This document shows positions 33,764-44,056 of a stretch of 64,000 nucleotides of DNA, piece by piece (the stretch's first letter is position 1; each line of letters starts with the position of its first letter). Location of the stretch: NCBI GenBank assembly GCA_963721455.1, contig CAVRJG010000015.1:132499-196498 (forward strand), in the 5' to 3' direction. The DNA is from an uncultured Methanosarcinaceae archaeon (lineage in GTDB: Archaea > Halobacteriota > Methanosarcinia > Methanosarcinales > Methanosarcinaceae). Below the pieces are notes generated by a model. The model was not told the origin of the DNA. It did not search any database and was given only the letters and a program-made list of their open reading frames with translations. Made by a program: the position numbers and the translations under genes.

Positions 33764-33974
33764 TTTAGGTACCTCATTTTATACTACTACTTTTAATCCG
33801 GCTATTATTGATCCGGTTAATCTGACTTTTATTGGTCGAAGAAATGATATAGTTAACTGAACTTGAGGATAAGCAGCGGGAAATGAGAATTTAATTGTTT
33901 GGTCTTTCAATAAAAGTCAGCTTAAACAATATCTCCATTTTGTCTTTTCAGGGCATTTCGAATCGTTCTCGCTT

Positions 33975-34437
33975 TTAAGTCAGCTTGAACATCTGTTTTG
34001 CCATGGCAACCCTCTTCTCCAGATAAGGTCCTTCAAGTTCTTCTGCAACGGATTCGAGAATCGTTGGTATCTCAAGGTTCTGGGGACATTTTTCCAGGCA
34101 CTGTCCGCATTGCACGCACAGGGAAGCAAATTCGGGTTCTCCGCCGGATAAGGCACCACTCAACCCTACTGCATACATGAACTTTGCCTCGTCTGCATTG
34201 CTGAACATGTGCAGGTTGTTGTATGCTTCGAAACAGGCAGGAACCTCCACCCCTTCCGGGCAGGGCATACAGTATCTGCAGCCTGTACAACCCACTTTCA
34301 TGAGTTCAAGGTACTTCTGCTACACTTTCTTTATTAGTTGCAGTTCAGCTTCAGTCAAGAAATTTGGGTATGCTTTGTCTGCTATCGCAAGGTTCTCTTC
34401 AATGTGGGTTTCTTTTATCTTTTACCTGTTTTTTCAT
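33975..34437 (-). pseudogene. 3' fragment of a second aldo/keto reductase paralogue
   Basis: THIEENLAIADKAYPN and CTGCRYCMPCP...CVQCGQCLEKCPQ match the C-terminus of 31715-32893; N-terminal ~240 aa absent. Confidence 0.85.
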
Positions 34438-34451
34438 ATTTTATCTCTATA

Positions 34452-34469
34452 ATTGACTGATCAGTCAAT
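34452..34469. promoter_or_regulatory. Perfect 18 bp palindrome, putative repressor operator
   Basis: attgactgatcagtcaat in the divergent intergenic region. Confidence 0.65.
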
Positions 34470-34636
34470 CCCTCTATAATAAGTATATTACTATTTTTGA
34501 GAGCAGGAAGTTTTCATGTGTTAAAGGTATGTGAAATATTAGAAAAATATTTTAAACCTATTTTAAAAAATGACAGGATATTTATGAAGCCCGGCTAACA
34601 AAACCTCAGTAAAGGAAGATAAAAAAATGCCTGTTT

Positions 34637-34948
34637 ATGGTAATTGAAATCGCAATCCTGGACCATGAACTTTACGCCAGATATATCGAAAAAGTTCCAG
34701 AAATTATAAAAAAGCATGGAGGCAAGTATCTGGCTAGGGGAGGTAAAGTGATTCTTGTTAGGGGAGGTGAAGTGATACCTATGTTTGGAAACTGGGATCC
34801 CGGAAGAATAGTCCTGATAGAGTTTGATACCGTGGAAAATTTAAGAAATTGTTTTAATTCTGTGGAATACCTGAAGATTGCACCCTTCAGAGAGCACTCT
34901 ACGATCACAGAATCAATAATAGTAAATGGGAGTTTGTCATCAAAATAA
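34637..34948 (+). CDS. DUF1330 family protein
   Basis: YARYI..V..II.KHGGKYLARGG, RIVLIEF, F.S.EY. Confidence 0.8.
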   Translation: MVIEIAILDHELYARYIEKVPEIIKKHGGKYLARGGKVILVRGGEVIPMFGNWDPGRIVLIEFDTVENLRNCFNSVEYLKIAPFREHSTITESIIVNGSLSSK

Positions 34949-35019
34949 TTCATTACCAATTAATTTGGACATTTTTGGTAATGACGCCATGATCTCAAGT
35001 AAAAAAAGTTTAGAGGAAG

Positions 35020-35098
35020 ATAGGGCATCTGTTTTTTGAGAGTTTGGGAGTGGGGGTATGAATTGGGGAAACAAAAAAGTTGTCTCAGATGCCCTATA
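35020..35098 (-). ncRNA. Putative sRNA, hairpin family copy A
   Basis: 12 bp perfect arms atagggcatctg/cagatgccctat; TATA box at 35119-35128 on the minus strand; T7 tract downstream at 35001-35007. Confidence 0.5.
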
Positions 35099-35373
35099 TA
35101 TTATAATATGACTTTTCATTATATAAAACAATGTGAATAAAGATCAACGCCCATGCTTTTCGGAAGTACTGTAGATAAATGCTTGTATTAAGCAGTACTA
35201 CTTTGGGGAAGTGCTACAATGTTGATGCTCTATCCTTCAGGTAGAAATTGAAGAAAGAAGTAATTCGGGAAATAAGCAATAATTTCGAAATCATCGTTAG
35301 TTAATGACTATTTGCATCCGGATAAAAAAGGAGAAATAAAATCCTGAAGAGAAGAAGCCTATTAATGGGACAC

Positions 35374-35455
35374 AGGGCATCTGATTCTGGAATTGAGCCC
35401 AGATGGATATGAGTTTGGGATATGTATTGAGAAAAAAGTTTTTCAGGCGTTCTAC
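35374..35455 (-). ncRNA. Putative sRNA, hairpin family copy B (degenerate arm)
   Basis: agggcatctga/tcaggcgttct; tatatataaaa at 35480-35490. Confidence 0.38.
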
Positions 35456-35607
35456 TCCCTATATAATATATTCGCATTTTATATATAAAATATTACACAT
35501 AAAATAAAGTAATGACAAATAACGTAATGATGACTTTTTTTATTTTATTTCCTGAAATAAAGCGGATAGAACCGGGCGAAATCCTGCAGCCGATACCTGT
35601 GATAAAT

Positions 35608-35907
35608 TTATAAAACGTCCTTAAGGGCTCCCGAGGCTGTATAAACGCTTCCAGCTCCGAAAATGTACTGGGTTATCCTTATTGCCTGCATCACCTCTTC
35701 TTTTGTTGCCCCTTCCTGAATGGCCTGCATTGCAAGGAATTTTACGCCGTCTGCTGAACCATTAGCTGCGTCCAGAGCCACTGCAATAAGTAATTTGTAC
35801 TTAAGAGGGATCCCTCCCTCTGCAAACGCAAGCTCGCGTGTGTTTTCAAGCAGGGTAAATAATTCAGAGTCCTGATCCATAATAACCTGTAATGGGTTTT
35901 CTGCCAA
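35608..35907 (-). CDS. Carboxymuconolactone decarboxylase / AhpD-like protein
   Basis: IPLKYKLLIAVALDA, A.QEGATKEEV. Confidence 0.8.
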   Translation of the reverse strand: MAENPLQVIMDQDSELFTLLENTRELAFAEGGIPLKYKLLIAVALDAANGSADGVKFLAMQAIQEGATKEEVMQAIRITQYIFGAGSVYTASGALKDVL

Positions 35908-36163
35908 TATATCCTCTCCGTCTCGTATTATCCTAAAAATTTTGATCTTATTGTCTAATCTGTTTGTTAATTACTATATCTACCAATCAATTTTAAAGCA
36001 TTCCCTGAACAGTCGAAGGAGGTGAGAGAAGAAACAGGGAAAAAGGTAAAAAGAAGAAAAAGAAGAAGAGAAAAAGAAGAAGAGGTGAGGAGAAAAAGGA
36101 AAAAAATATATTTTTCACAGTACACCTTTTCCGGCAAAGAATTCTGGAAGATTTAAGGGAATC

Positions 36164-36235
36164 GGGCATCCGCCTTTAGAGAGAGAATGGGAATAAAAGA
36201 GGGGTGTTTAAAAAAGAGACTTCACAGATGCTCTT
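36164..36235 (-). ncRNA. Putative sRNA, hairpin family copy C
   Basis: gggcatccg/cagatgctc; atatataaaa at 36255-36264. Confidence 0.38.
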
Positions 36236-36340
36236 CTAACTATAATACGCACAGATATATAAAATAGAATTTATATTGATATTTTAGCGGAATTTATCGA
36301 AGTACTCTAATTTCTGTAAAAACTCCTTCTACCTGGATTC

Positions 36341-36892
36341 TCAGGAGCCAGAGATCAAATTATTAGTTACATTTAGTGATTCATAAACCATTGTGCCTTC
36401 TCCCGAGCCTTTTCCTTTTAAAAGGAAGCCATTCTTTTCCAGAACGCGAATCGAGGCTTTCAGATGAGGATATGTATAAGCTATAATGCGGTCTTTTTTG
36501 AGGCTGGAAAAAGCCCACTGCACCATTGATTGAACAGCCTCGGTCGCATATCCCCTTCCATGATACGCGGCAAGCAAAGAATATCCAATCTCAAGAGTTC
36601 CGTTATCATGGGCAAGAAATCCTCCGTTTCCTATCAGAACAGGCGGTTTAGTATCTTCCTGGCGAAGAATCCAGTAAAAGTTCCATATTTTCCGGTCTCT
36701 TGCCTGCATTCGTCCGAGAAACCCCTCTATCACTTCAGGAGTTATCTGGTCAGGTGGCCACTCATCCGGGACACGGGCTTTAAGAGCTGAAGCAAATGCA
36801 GGACGGTCATGTAATTCCAGAAGATAGAGCCTCACAGTGGCAGGAAGCAGGTACATGCGTTCGGTATTGATAGGAAATAAAATAAGAGGCAT
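36341..36892 (-). CDS. GNAT acetyltransferase (RimJ/RimL-like)
   Basis: EIGYSL...HGRGYATEA, ASIRVLEKNGF. Confidence 0.88.
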   Translation of the reverse strand: MPLILFPINTERMYLLPATVRLYLLELHDRPAFASALKARVPDEWPPDQITPEVIEGFLGRMQARDRKIWNFYWILRQEDTKPPVLIGNGGFLAHDNGTLEIGYSLLAAYHGRGYATEAVQSMVQWAFSSLKKDRIIAYTYPHLKASIRVLEKNGFLLKGKGSGEGTMVYESLNVTNNLISGS

Positions 36893-37090
36893 GTATCGGA
36901 TTTGGGCTTACTTTTACATAATCTTTTTGGTGAATTAAATTCAAGATAGCTTCAAGCCTATACATTTTTAAAATGAAAATACGCAAGCATGTAAGTGAAA
37001 TTAAGGAAGTTTTTTAATATCTGTAAAATAAGAATAAATTAAAAACTAAATGAAAAAACTTCTATAGATAGGGGGACGTTTGGGGGGAAT

Positions 37091-37177
37091 GGGCATCTGA
37101 TATTTGGGATGGTTTGGGATTGGGGGGTATAAAAACTGGTTTGGGTGTATAAGAAAAGTGTTTATCAGATGCCCTGC
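37091..37177 (-). ncRNA. Putative sRNA, hairpin family copy D
   Basis: 12 bp perfect arms gggcatctgata/tatcagatgccc; aatatataaaa at 37196-37206. Confidence 0.5.
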
Positions 37178-37369
37178 ATAATACTATTCGCTAATAATAT
37201 ATAAAATTGCTGATATAATTTTATTTTGTCGAATTTTGCACGAGAAATACCCCGAAAAGCCCATGAGGATTTTTATTTTCCCGCGTCTTTCCGTGGTCAC
37301 GGAAAAGTTGTGCCCATGATTTCGTAAAAAGGGAATTTTGACAGGATCTATTTGCTTTCTGAAATTCAG

Positions 37370-37760
37370 ATGGTTCTCTCCTCTATTGATCTGTCCTGAA
37401 GACCTCCTATAAATCCATTCGATAAAGAAACAGGAAAAGACTGTAAGCGCAAGAAGTCCCAGGGTGAGTTTGGAATTAATAAATTCGTAATACACCACCG
37501 GTAGCCCAAAGAAAATAGGGCTGCTCAGAAGCGAAGCTCGGATTATCCGGAGCCTTGCTCTGGTTTCTTTCAAAAGGCGCCGATGGGAAGCGTTAACAGC
37601 TATATAGATTATGAGCAGGGAAGCGCTTGCGAGAATGCCGATTCTATCCAGCGGGAGAAAATTAGCTAACAGGATGACCAGGCATGAGGTAATAAAGAGC
37701 CCTTCTGTGCTTCCTTTCCAGACTTTCCTCTCACAAAATACATGCAAGTGCCCTTCCTTT
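37370..37760 (-). pseudogene. C-terminal fragment of an APC-family amino acid permease
   Basis: EGLFITS.L...AN..PLD.I..LASASLLIIY.AVN TM series; no N-terminal part. Confidence 0.55.
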
Positions 37761-37838
37761 TAGTCCAGTAGCCAGTGAACCCTATATTTTAACAATGAAT
37801 CTTAGCGCCATTTTTATTTCCGGTGCCTGTAATCTCAT

Positions 37839-39143
37839 ATGGGGAGTATAATGACAGGCAAAGAAAAAATTCCACCTGGTTTTAAAGACGCTCTTGATTT
37901 CAAGCTAGTAGATGCACTTTTCGGCAGAAGAGCACGCCGTTTTTTTATGGGGGCTTCAATCCCTGACGGCTACTTCGAGTACAGGTCAAAGCATGATCCT
38001 TTGCCTCTGACCGGGCAAGAGCAGATGATGATCCTGTCCGCAGCAGCAGGCAATACCGGATGGCATAACCTGATTATGCGTGGGGAAAGGTATGCGCCTG
38101 ATCTCTCTAACTACGCCTGCAGTGCAGGCGGGCGCACATTTCCTTCTGCAGCCGGTTTTCATACGAGTGAGTTATTTTTTACAGACGATACTGGGGTTTA
38201 CATTTTTGAGACTCGTGATGCTCCTGAGCTGACTGAACGTTCGGAAAGTGGAACTTTTGATGTCGAAGAACTGCTAAAAGCCCATAGGAAAAGAGTCCGA
38301 AAAATTGCAGACGGCAGACTGAAAATACCTTCAGAGACTCCTTATGTCGAAGCCCATAACACCTGGGTTGTCAATCAGTCGGGTACAACTCTGTTTATTC
38401 CTGTGGCAGACCTGGCCCAGCATGTGCTTGCGGGGATTTGTTACTATACGCAGAATGGAGTATGTTTTTATGATGATATCCATGGGGAAAAGATAGAAGG
38501 GCTTGAAAAGTTCAGCAACCTCGTTGATATCGAAAACCCTTTGCCTTTGAGTTTTCTTGAGATGTGGTCCCTTTCCGAAGTTACTGCAGAGCTTTCGACT
38601 GCCTGTTACGCAGGCATGCTTATGCTGCAGGCAATGGGTCTTGGTGGCTGGATGTTTAACGGTATGGATCCTTTTGCCATTCTTGGAGCGAGTGGAAATC
38701 CCGATGTTCCAGGTCTCGGCTTTCGGTATGATACAGATGAAAAGTGGGCTCTTCCCAATCCTACCGGGCTTCCTGGAGTATTTGAGGCCTATACTCCTCC
38801 TCATTACAGGGATATGCGTCATGCTGTTGATACTCTTTCCGAAAGAAAGTTCGGGAAAGGAGGGCCTTTTAATCCGGAAACACCCGGGTATTACAGGGAT
38901 ACGAGAGCAATTCGGAGCAGGGCCAGGCCTCATAATGAAGATTTCAGAGAATGTGTTGCCCTGCAGGCTCAGCATATCTACGACCGTTTTGGAAAATTCC
39001 CTGGTACGGTTCCAAGTATTTTTGTTATGCCTTATCTTCAGGCTCATCACCTGGACCTTGAGTTTTATGACCATTTCTATGAAAAAGGAGCCTACCTTGA
39101 AACTCATTCCAGGCATATGGAGCGCTGGCATCCTGAAAGGTAA
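37839..39143 (+). CDS. Uncharacterised protein, possible nitroreductase/SagB-like fold
   Basis: 434 aa ORF with RRARRF, RTFPSAAG and QAMGLGGW motifs. Confidence 0.7.
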   Translation: MGSIMTGKEKIPPGFKDALDFKLVDALFGRRARRFFMGASIPDGYFEYRSKHDPLPLTGQEQMMILSAAAGNTGWHNLIMRGERYAPDLSNYACSAGGRTFPSAAGFHTSELFFTDDTGVYIFETRDAPELTERSESGTFDVEELLKAHRKRVRKIADGRLKIPSETPYVEAHNTWVVNQSGTTLFIPVADLAQHVLAGICYYTQNGVCFYDDIHGEKIEGLEKFSNLVDIENPLPLSFLEMWSLSEVTAELSTACYAGMLMLQAMGLGGWMFNGMDPFAILGASGNPDVPGLGFRYDTDEKWALPNPTGLPGVFEAYTPPHYRDMRHAVDTLSERKFGKGGPFNPETPGYYRDTRAIRSRARPHNEDFRECVALQAQHIYDRFGKFPGTVPSIFVMPYLQAHHLDLEFYDHFYEKGAYLETHSRHMERWHPER

Positions 39144-39387
39144 AGGAAGAGCCCTGAAAGAGATACCTTCACCGATTTCCTTTTTTTGATTCGTTGAATC
39201 GGTTGTTTTTGCTTATCTCTAATTCATGGCTTGTGTTGATTCACTTTGGCTGCTCTATATTTTCAAAGAGCTTTTCGACCTGCACTTATGGATTAATTTT
39301 TTCGACCTGCGTTTCTGATTAGTGTTTCTCATTTTATTAAGAACTTATATTCACAATTTAGATATACCAATTAATTGGGAGGAATAA

Positions 39388-39693
39388 ATGGGGCTTATAA
39401 GTGAATTTAAAGATTTTCTTTATGAATATAAGGTAATTCCACTTGCAATTGCCTTTATTATGGGTATCGCGTCCACGGCTCTTATAAAGTCATTTGTGGA
39501 TAACGTTATCATGCCAATAGTTACGCCTTTTGTTCCCGGTGGAGCCTGGAGGACCGCAACAGTTGATCTGGGACCTATAGTTATAAGCTGGGGTGCCTTC
39601 CTGGGAGAGTTAATTAACTTTATTATTATCGCATTAGTGGTCTTTATCATCGCAAAAAAGGTTCTCAAAGAAGAAAAGGTGGAGAAAAAGTGA
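39388..39693 (+). CDS. mscL: Large-conductance mechanosensitive channel (short form)
   Basis: ISEFKDFL....VIPLAIAFIMG, S.V..VIMP, GAFLGELINFIII; GGAGG RBS. Confidence 0.88.
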   Translation: MGLISEFKDFLYEYKVIPLAIAFIMGIASTALIKSFVDNVIMPIVTPFVPGGAWRTATVDLGPIVISWGAFLGELINFIIIALVVFIIAKKVLKEEKVEKK

Positions 39694-39787
39694 GCCACTG
39701 CAACATAATTGACTGATAGCATCAAAAGACACTCTGTTTAGGGAAGAAGGAACTGGAGTCGAACAAGCCAACCGATTAAGCCCTTAC

Positions 39788-40909
39788 TCAAAATGTCACC
39801 ACTTTACTTATTTCCATTTTGACCAGACATAGATCGCCTGCATTCAAGTGCAGGGCGTCAGCAAATTGTGCAGGCACTTCTGCGGTCAGGGTTTTATTGT
39901 GTCTGGCAAGTTTAACTGTAATTTTTTTCTTTGGTCCTTTGTTGATTATGCTGTTGACATAAGCTGAGTAAGTGTTTTCATCCTGATCCTCAGAGCCGGA
40001 GTCCGGAAGTAGAAGAGTTATGTTCTCAGGATGGATTCCCCAGGAAACTTTATCTCCGAGTTTGAGGCTCAGAGATTTTACTCTAATTTGCAGGTCTCCG
40101 CTTTTTAATACTGTACTTCTGGATGCTTCATCATATCCTTCTACCCTGGCGTCGTCAAAAATATTTGACAGGCCGATTAGCTCGGCTACCTGCCGGTTTT
40201 TAGGATTATAAAAGATTTCTTCCAGCGTCCCAAACTGCTGGACTTTTCCCCCATGTAAGACAAGAATCCTGTCAGCCAGCAGAAAAGCTTCTTCAAGATT
40301 ATGGGTAATGAACAATAAAGGTATTCCGAGTTTTTTTTGCAAGCTTTTTATTTTTTCTGTAAACTCGGTTCTTATTTCCCTGTCAAGTGCAGAAAATGGC
40401 TCGTCGAGCAGCAGGAGCTCTGGTTTAGGAGCCAGAGCCCTTGCCAGAGCAGCTCTCTGCTTCTGCCCGCCTGAAAGCTGGGAGGGGTAACGGGTTTCCA
40501 GTTCCTCGATGCGGAGAAGGTTCAGCACTTCCATAACCCTTTTCTCTCTGGTTTCTTTTTCCCAACCTTTAAGACCGCATTCTATGTTCTTTTTAACATT
40601 CATATGGGGAAACAGGGTATAGCTCTGGAAAACATAGCCCAGATTGCGTTTCTGGATGGGCAGATTAATTTTTTTTTCTTTGTCGTAGTAAATTTTACTG
40701 TCCACCGTTATTTTTCCGTCATCAGGCTCCGTGATTCCTGAAATACATTTGAACAATGTGGTTTTTCCGGATCCCGAAGGCCCGAAAAGTACAACAAGTT
40801 CGTTTTCCATTTCAAAGCTGACGTCCAGAGTAAAAGCTTTCCTGTTCTCTCTTTTTCCACTACTTTCAGCTTCATGATAGCATTTTCTAATGTCGGCCTT
40901 AACACCCAA
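39788..40909 (-). CDS. modC: Molybdate ABC transporter ATPase
   Basis: GPSGSGKT, LSGGQKQR, LLLDEP, TOBE-like tail. Confidence 0.88.
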   Translation of the reverse strand: MGVKADIRKCYHEAESSGKRENRKAFTLDVSFEMENELVVLFGPSGSGKTTLFKCISGITEPDDGKITVDSKIYYDKEKKINLPIQKRNLGYVFQSYTLFPHMNVKKNIECGLKGWEKETREKRVMEVLNLLRIEELETRYPSQLSGGQKQRAALARALAPKPELLLLDEPFSALDREIRTEFTEKIKSLQKKLGIPLLFITHNLEEAFLLADRILVLHGGKVQQFGTLEEIFYNPKNRQVAELIGLSNIFDDARVEGYDEASRSTVLKSGDLQIRVKSLSLKLGDKVSWGIHPENITLLLPDSGSEDQDENTYSAYVNSIINKGPKKKITVKLARHNKTLTAEVPAQFADALHLNAGDLCLVKMEISKVVTF

Positions 40910-40911
40910 GC

Positions 40912-41595
40912 TTATACCTCGAATTTTCCTCTGCTGGCAATTTTTCCGGTAAGAGCAATGGACAGCAGGGATATAAGGATAAGGACTAAAACCAGTATGT
41001 TAGCAAGTTCATTATTACCTGCCTGAAAAGCATTGTATATTGAAATCGACATTGTGTTCGTTTTTCCCGGAATATTGCCTGCGAGCATAAGAGTTGCTCC
41101 AAATTCTCCAACAGCCCTTGCAAAACTGAGTACCAATCCTGCCAGTATGCCCCTTTTTGCAAGAGGCAATGTTATTAGCAGGGCAGTTTCAAGCTCACTT
41201 CTTCCAAGGATGTAGGCTGCATATTCAAGTTCCTTATCCACTGTCTCGATGGCTGCTTTTGCGGTTCTTACCATGAGAGGAAGGGAAACCGTATAAGCCG
41301 CAATAACTGCTGCCTGCCAGGTAAACATGATTCCGGTCCCCAGAACATTGAAGATCAAGTGTCCAACAAACCCGTTTTTCCCTACCAGCATGACCAGAAG
41401 ATAGCCAATTACGGTAGGTGGAAGGATTAGAGGAAGTGTTACCAGCAGTTCTGCAAGCTCCTTTCCCCGGAAATCACGTCTCGCAAATATATAAGCTATG
41501 ACAACGCCGCTGCACAGTACGAGGAGGGATGATATGGCGGCTATCCAGAGCGTAATAGATAAAGGAAACCATATTTTGTCGAGCATTGAAATCAT
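40912..41595 (-). CDS. modB: Molybdate ABC transporter permease
   Basis: LPLILPPTVIG, FARAVGEFGAT, AGNIPGKT. Confidence 0.93.
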   Translation of the reverse strand: MISMLDKIWFPLSITLWIAAISSLLVLCSGVVIAYIFARRDFRGKELAELLVTLPLILPPTVIGYLLVMLVGKNGFVGHLIFNVLGTGIMFTWQAAVIAAYTVSLPLMVRTAKAAIETVDKELEYAAYILGRSELETALLITLPLAKRGILAGLVLSFARAVGEFGATLMLAGNIPGKTNTMSISIYNAFQAGNNELANILVLVLILISLLSIALTGKIASRGKFEV

Positions 41596-41606
41596 GCCTG
41601 ATTCTG

Positions 41607-42404
41607 TTACCTGGACGATGTCGTAAATCCGTGTTCTTTCAAAATTTTCTGTCCTTCTTCTCCGGTTACGAAATCAAGGAACTCCTGTGCCTCTTCTTTA
41701 TGCTCAGACGAGGAAACTACAGCTATCGGATAATTTACCGGAGTACTAACAGGCACACTGGCAACAATTTTTATAGTGCCTGGTTGCGAAGTCTTTGCAT
41801 CGGTCATATACACAAAACCTGCATCTACTTCTCCCCTTTCCACATATACAAGGACCTGTTTGACGTCTTCGGCAAGTACCATCTTCTTTTCCAGCCGGTT
41901 CCAGAGGTCTGTTTCAGTCAGTGCAAGACGTGAGTATTTACCTGCAGGAGCTGTATCCGGGTTTCCAATGCTGATTTTTTCTATTTGAGGATCTGCAAGG
42001 TCTTTCAGGCCTGTTATATTAAGGGTACTGCTTGCAGGGACGATGAGTACAAGTGAGTTTTGAGCAAAGTCTTCTCTTGAACTATTATCGATAAGGATTT
42101 CATTGCTAAGTATGTCCATCTGACTCTCGTCGGCTGAGGCAAAAACATCGATAGGAGCTCCCCCTTCGATCTGCATACGCAGGTTCCCCGAACCTGCAAA
42201 GTTCAGGCTTACATTCGTTCCGGGATTTTTCTCTTCAAAATGGGAAGCTATATCCGTGAAAGCTTCAGTAAGGCTGGCGGCTGCAGAAACTGTTATAACA
42301 TCAGGCTCCTGTTCTGAATCTGGCAACATCCCTACAGCCGCAAGTGCTAAGAGTAATATCCCCAGAAAGGCAGCAGCATAAATAAGTTTTTTATTCTTTC
42401 CCAT
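41607..42404 (-). CDS. modA: Molybdate-binding protein
   Basis: SAAASL, FAGSG.L, DVFASA, GNP..APAG.Y, DAGFVY.TD. Confidence 0.93.
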   Translation of the reverse strand: MGKNKKLIYAAAFLGILLLALAAVGMLPDSEQEPDVITVSAAASLTEAFTDIASHFEEKNPGTNVSLNFAGSGNLRMQIEGGAPIDVFASADESQMDILSNEILIDNSSREDFAQNSLVLIVPASSTLNITGLKDLADPQIEKISIGNPDTAPAGKYSRLALTETDLWNRLEKKMVLAEDVKQVLVYVERGEVDAGFVYMTDAKTSQPGTIKIVASVPVSTPVNYPIAVVSSSEHKEEAQEFLDFVTGEEGQKILKEHGFTTSSR

Positions 42405-42449
42405 CTTTACTTCCTCTTAACCGTTTTAATATTGTGATATGAGCAATGT

Positions 42450-42471
42450 GTTATGTTTAGTCAAACATAAC
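42450..42471. promoter_or_regulatory. Inverted repeat upstream of modA, ModE-box candidate
   Basis: gttatgttt-agtc-aaacataac, perfect 9 bp arms about 45 bp upstream of the start. Confidence 0.65.
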
Positions 42472-42765
42472 GGTTTTTCCTCTTTACTTTAATAGTATAA
42501 GAAGATTCCCGGTGTTTGTCTCATGAAAGGCTTTAAAGCCTGTATTTCGCTCTTCTATGAATAGTCTTGTACTGGGATTTCGAGGAAAAATGCATCTGGG
42601 AAAGGTTTCCCTCAACGTTTTTTAGTTCACAATAAATACATATCGGAAATGTTTTGAATCTCTCTTAACAGATGAAAAATGAATTAAGAGAAAAAGGAAC
42701 TGAAAACAAATTAAAGAAAAATCCATAAAGAAAAATCCAGGCTTTTCTTTAAAGAAACATTCATT

Positions 42766-43596
42766 TTAAGATTCTGAATAAACTTTTGTGAATTCAGCAC
42801 CAAGCGTAATCATAATTGAGGAATAGTAGAACAGAAGAAATAACCCTATAATAGACCCTATTGCTCCATAGAAGCTTGTAGGGTTACTGTATGCAAAAAA
42901 AAGTACAATAGCATATTTTCCTATTGTTACAAGAACTGCTGTTACGAGAGACCCTACAAAAATGGATTTGAAATCAAAACTCTTATCGGGAAGCACTCTA
43001 TAAATAAGTATGAAAAACAGAACAAGAATAAGGAAGCTGGCTATTGAACCTGTATAATCAGCAATTACAGGTGAAAATGGTGAAAATTGCTGGAATAATT
43101 TTGAAGCCGCATAAAGAAATCCTTCAACAAATATGCTCATTACAAGCAGCCCTCCGAAGAAAATAACGATAACAAAAGATGCCACGGCGTCTTTTGCAAA
43201 GTCTTTGATAGTATTGGCTTCAACACGCTTGATATCCCATGCTCGCTCAAGGAAGTTCTTCAATTGCCTGAAAATATTACTTGCACTCCAGAGCAGCAGG
43301 ACAAGACCGATTAATGCACTTATTGACAGGGAGCTGAATTCCGGAATGCGTTCGAAAAGTAAAATTATCATATTTCTCATTCCCTCATCTATGACCCCCT
43401 CCAGCTGATTAAGTATGTTATCCTGAATACTTTTAGACCTCAAAAAAATACTGCCTATAGATACCGAAAGTAAAAGGAGGGAAGGAAGACTCAATACAAA
43501 ATAAAATGCCAGTGCAGCGCTGTAAGTCATTGCGTCATCTTCCAGCCATTCCTTTATTGTTCTGATAACCAGATTTCTTACGTACCCCCGGTTCAT
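42766..43596 (-). CDS. YihY/BrkB family membrane protein
   Basis: YSAALAFYFVLSLP, LWSAS, YGAIGS..L...YYSS....GAE. Confidence 0.88.
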   Translation of the reverse strand: MNRGYVRNLVIRTIKEWLEDDAMTYSAALAFYFVLSLPSLLLLSVSIGSIFLRSKSIQDNILNQLEGVIDEGMRNMIILLFERIPEFSSLSISALIGLVLLLWSASNIFRQLKNFLERAWDIKRVEANTIKDFAKDAVASFVIVIFFGGLLVMSIFVEGFLYAASKLFQQFSPFSPVIADYTGSIASFLILVLFFILIYRVLPDKSFDFKSIFVGSLVTAVLVTIGKYAIVLFFAYSNPTSFYGAIGSIIGLFLLFYYSSIMITLGAEFTKVYSES

Positions 43597-44056
43597 ATTT
43601 CCCCCTTATCTATAATATATTGCACTTTTATTAAACACCTCTTATCAAATTCTGGTAAAATTTATTCCTTTTTGCTTCAGATAAAAGAGACAGCAGCTGT
43701 GAAAGACCGAATCGAGCACGAAAACTGGATGGCTGAATGGCTGGCAAGATTTTTGCAGGTTAATTCCGTACTTTTAGCTTCGCTTTAATTCCTTTTTTCA
43801 AAATAGTTTTTTTCCATGCTTATTATTGTGACAGTTTTCCATAAAAGAGCCGGGCATCGGGTTAAAAGGAATGAAGGATAAAATCAAAAGCGCAGGAAAG
43901 ATTAAATTGAAAATGCCGGGTAGCATTGAAGGTTTGACCTTTCACTGAATATACACTGAATATATGGAACTTTTTATTTAAAAAACTGTAAAAAGCAGAG
44001 TTGCCGGCATCTTCAAAGAGAAGGGTTTGCCGGCCTTCCTCACGCCAGAAAGTAAG

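Noticed and set aside
36026-36110. Purine-rich aagaag tract
   Set aside because: Simple low-complexity intergenic sequence
35000-37210. Hairpin family as a CRISPR array or as small-peptide genes starting at the cagATGccc arm
   Set aside because: Spacing is irregular with genes in between; the peptides are not conserved beyond MP and lack an RBS
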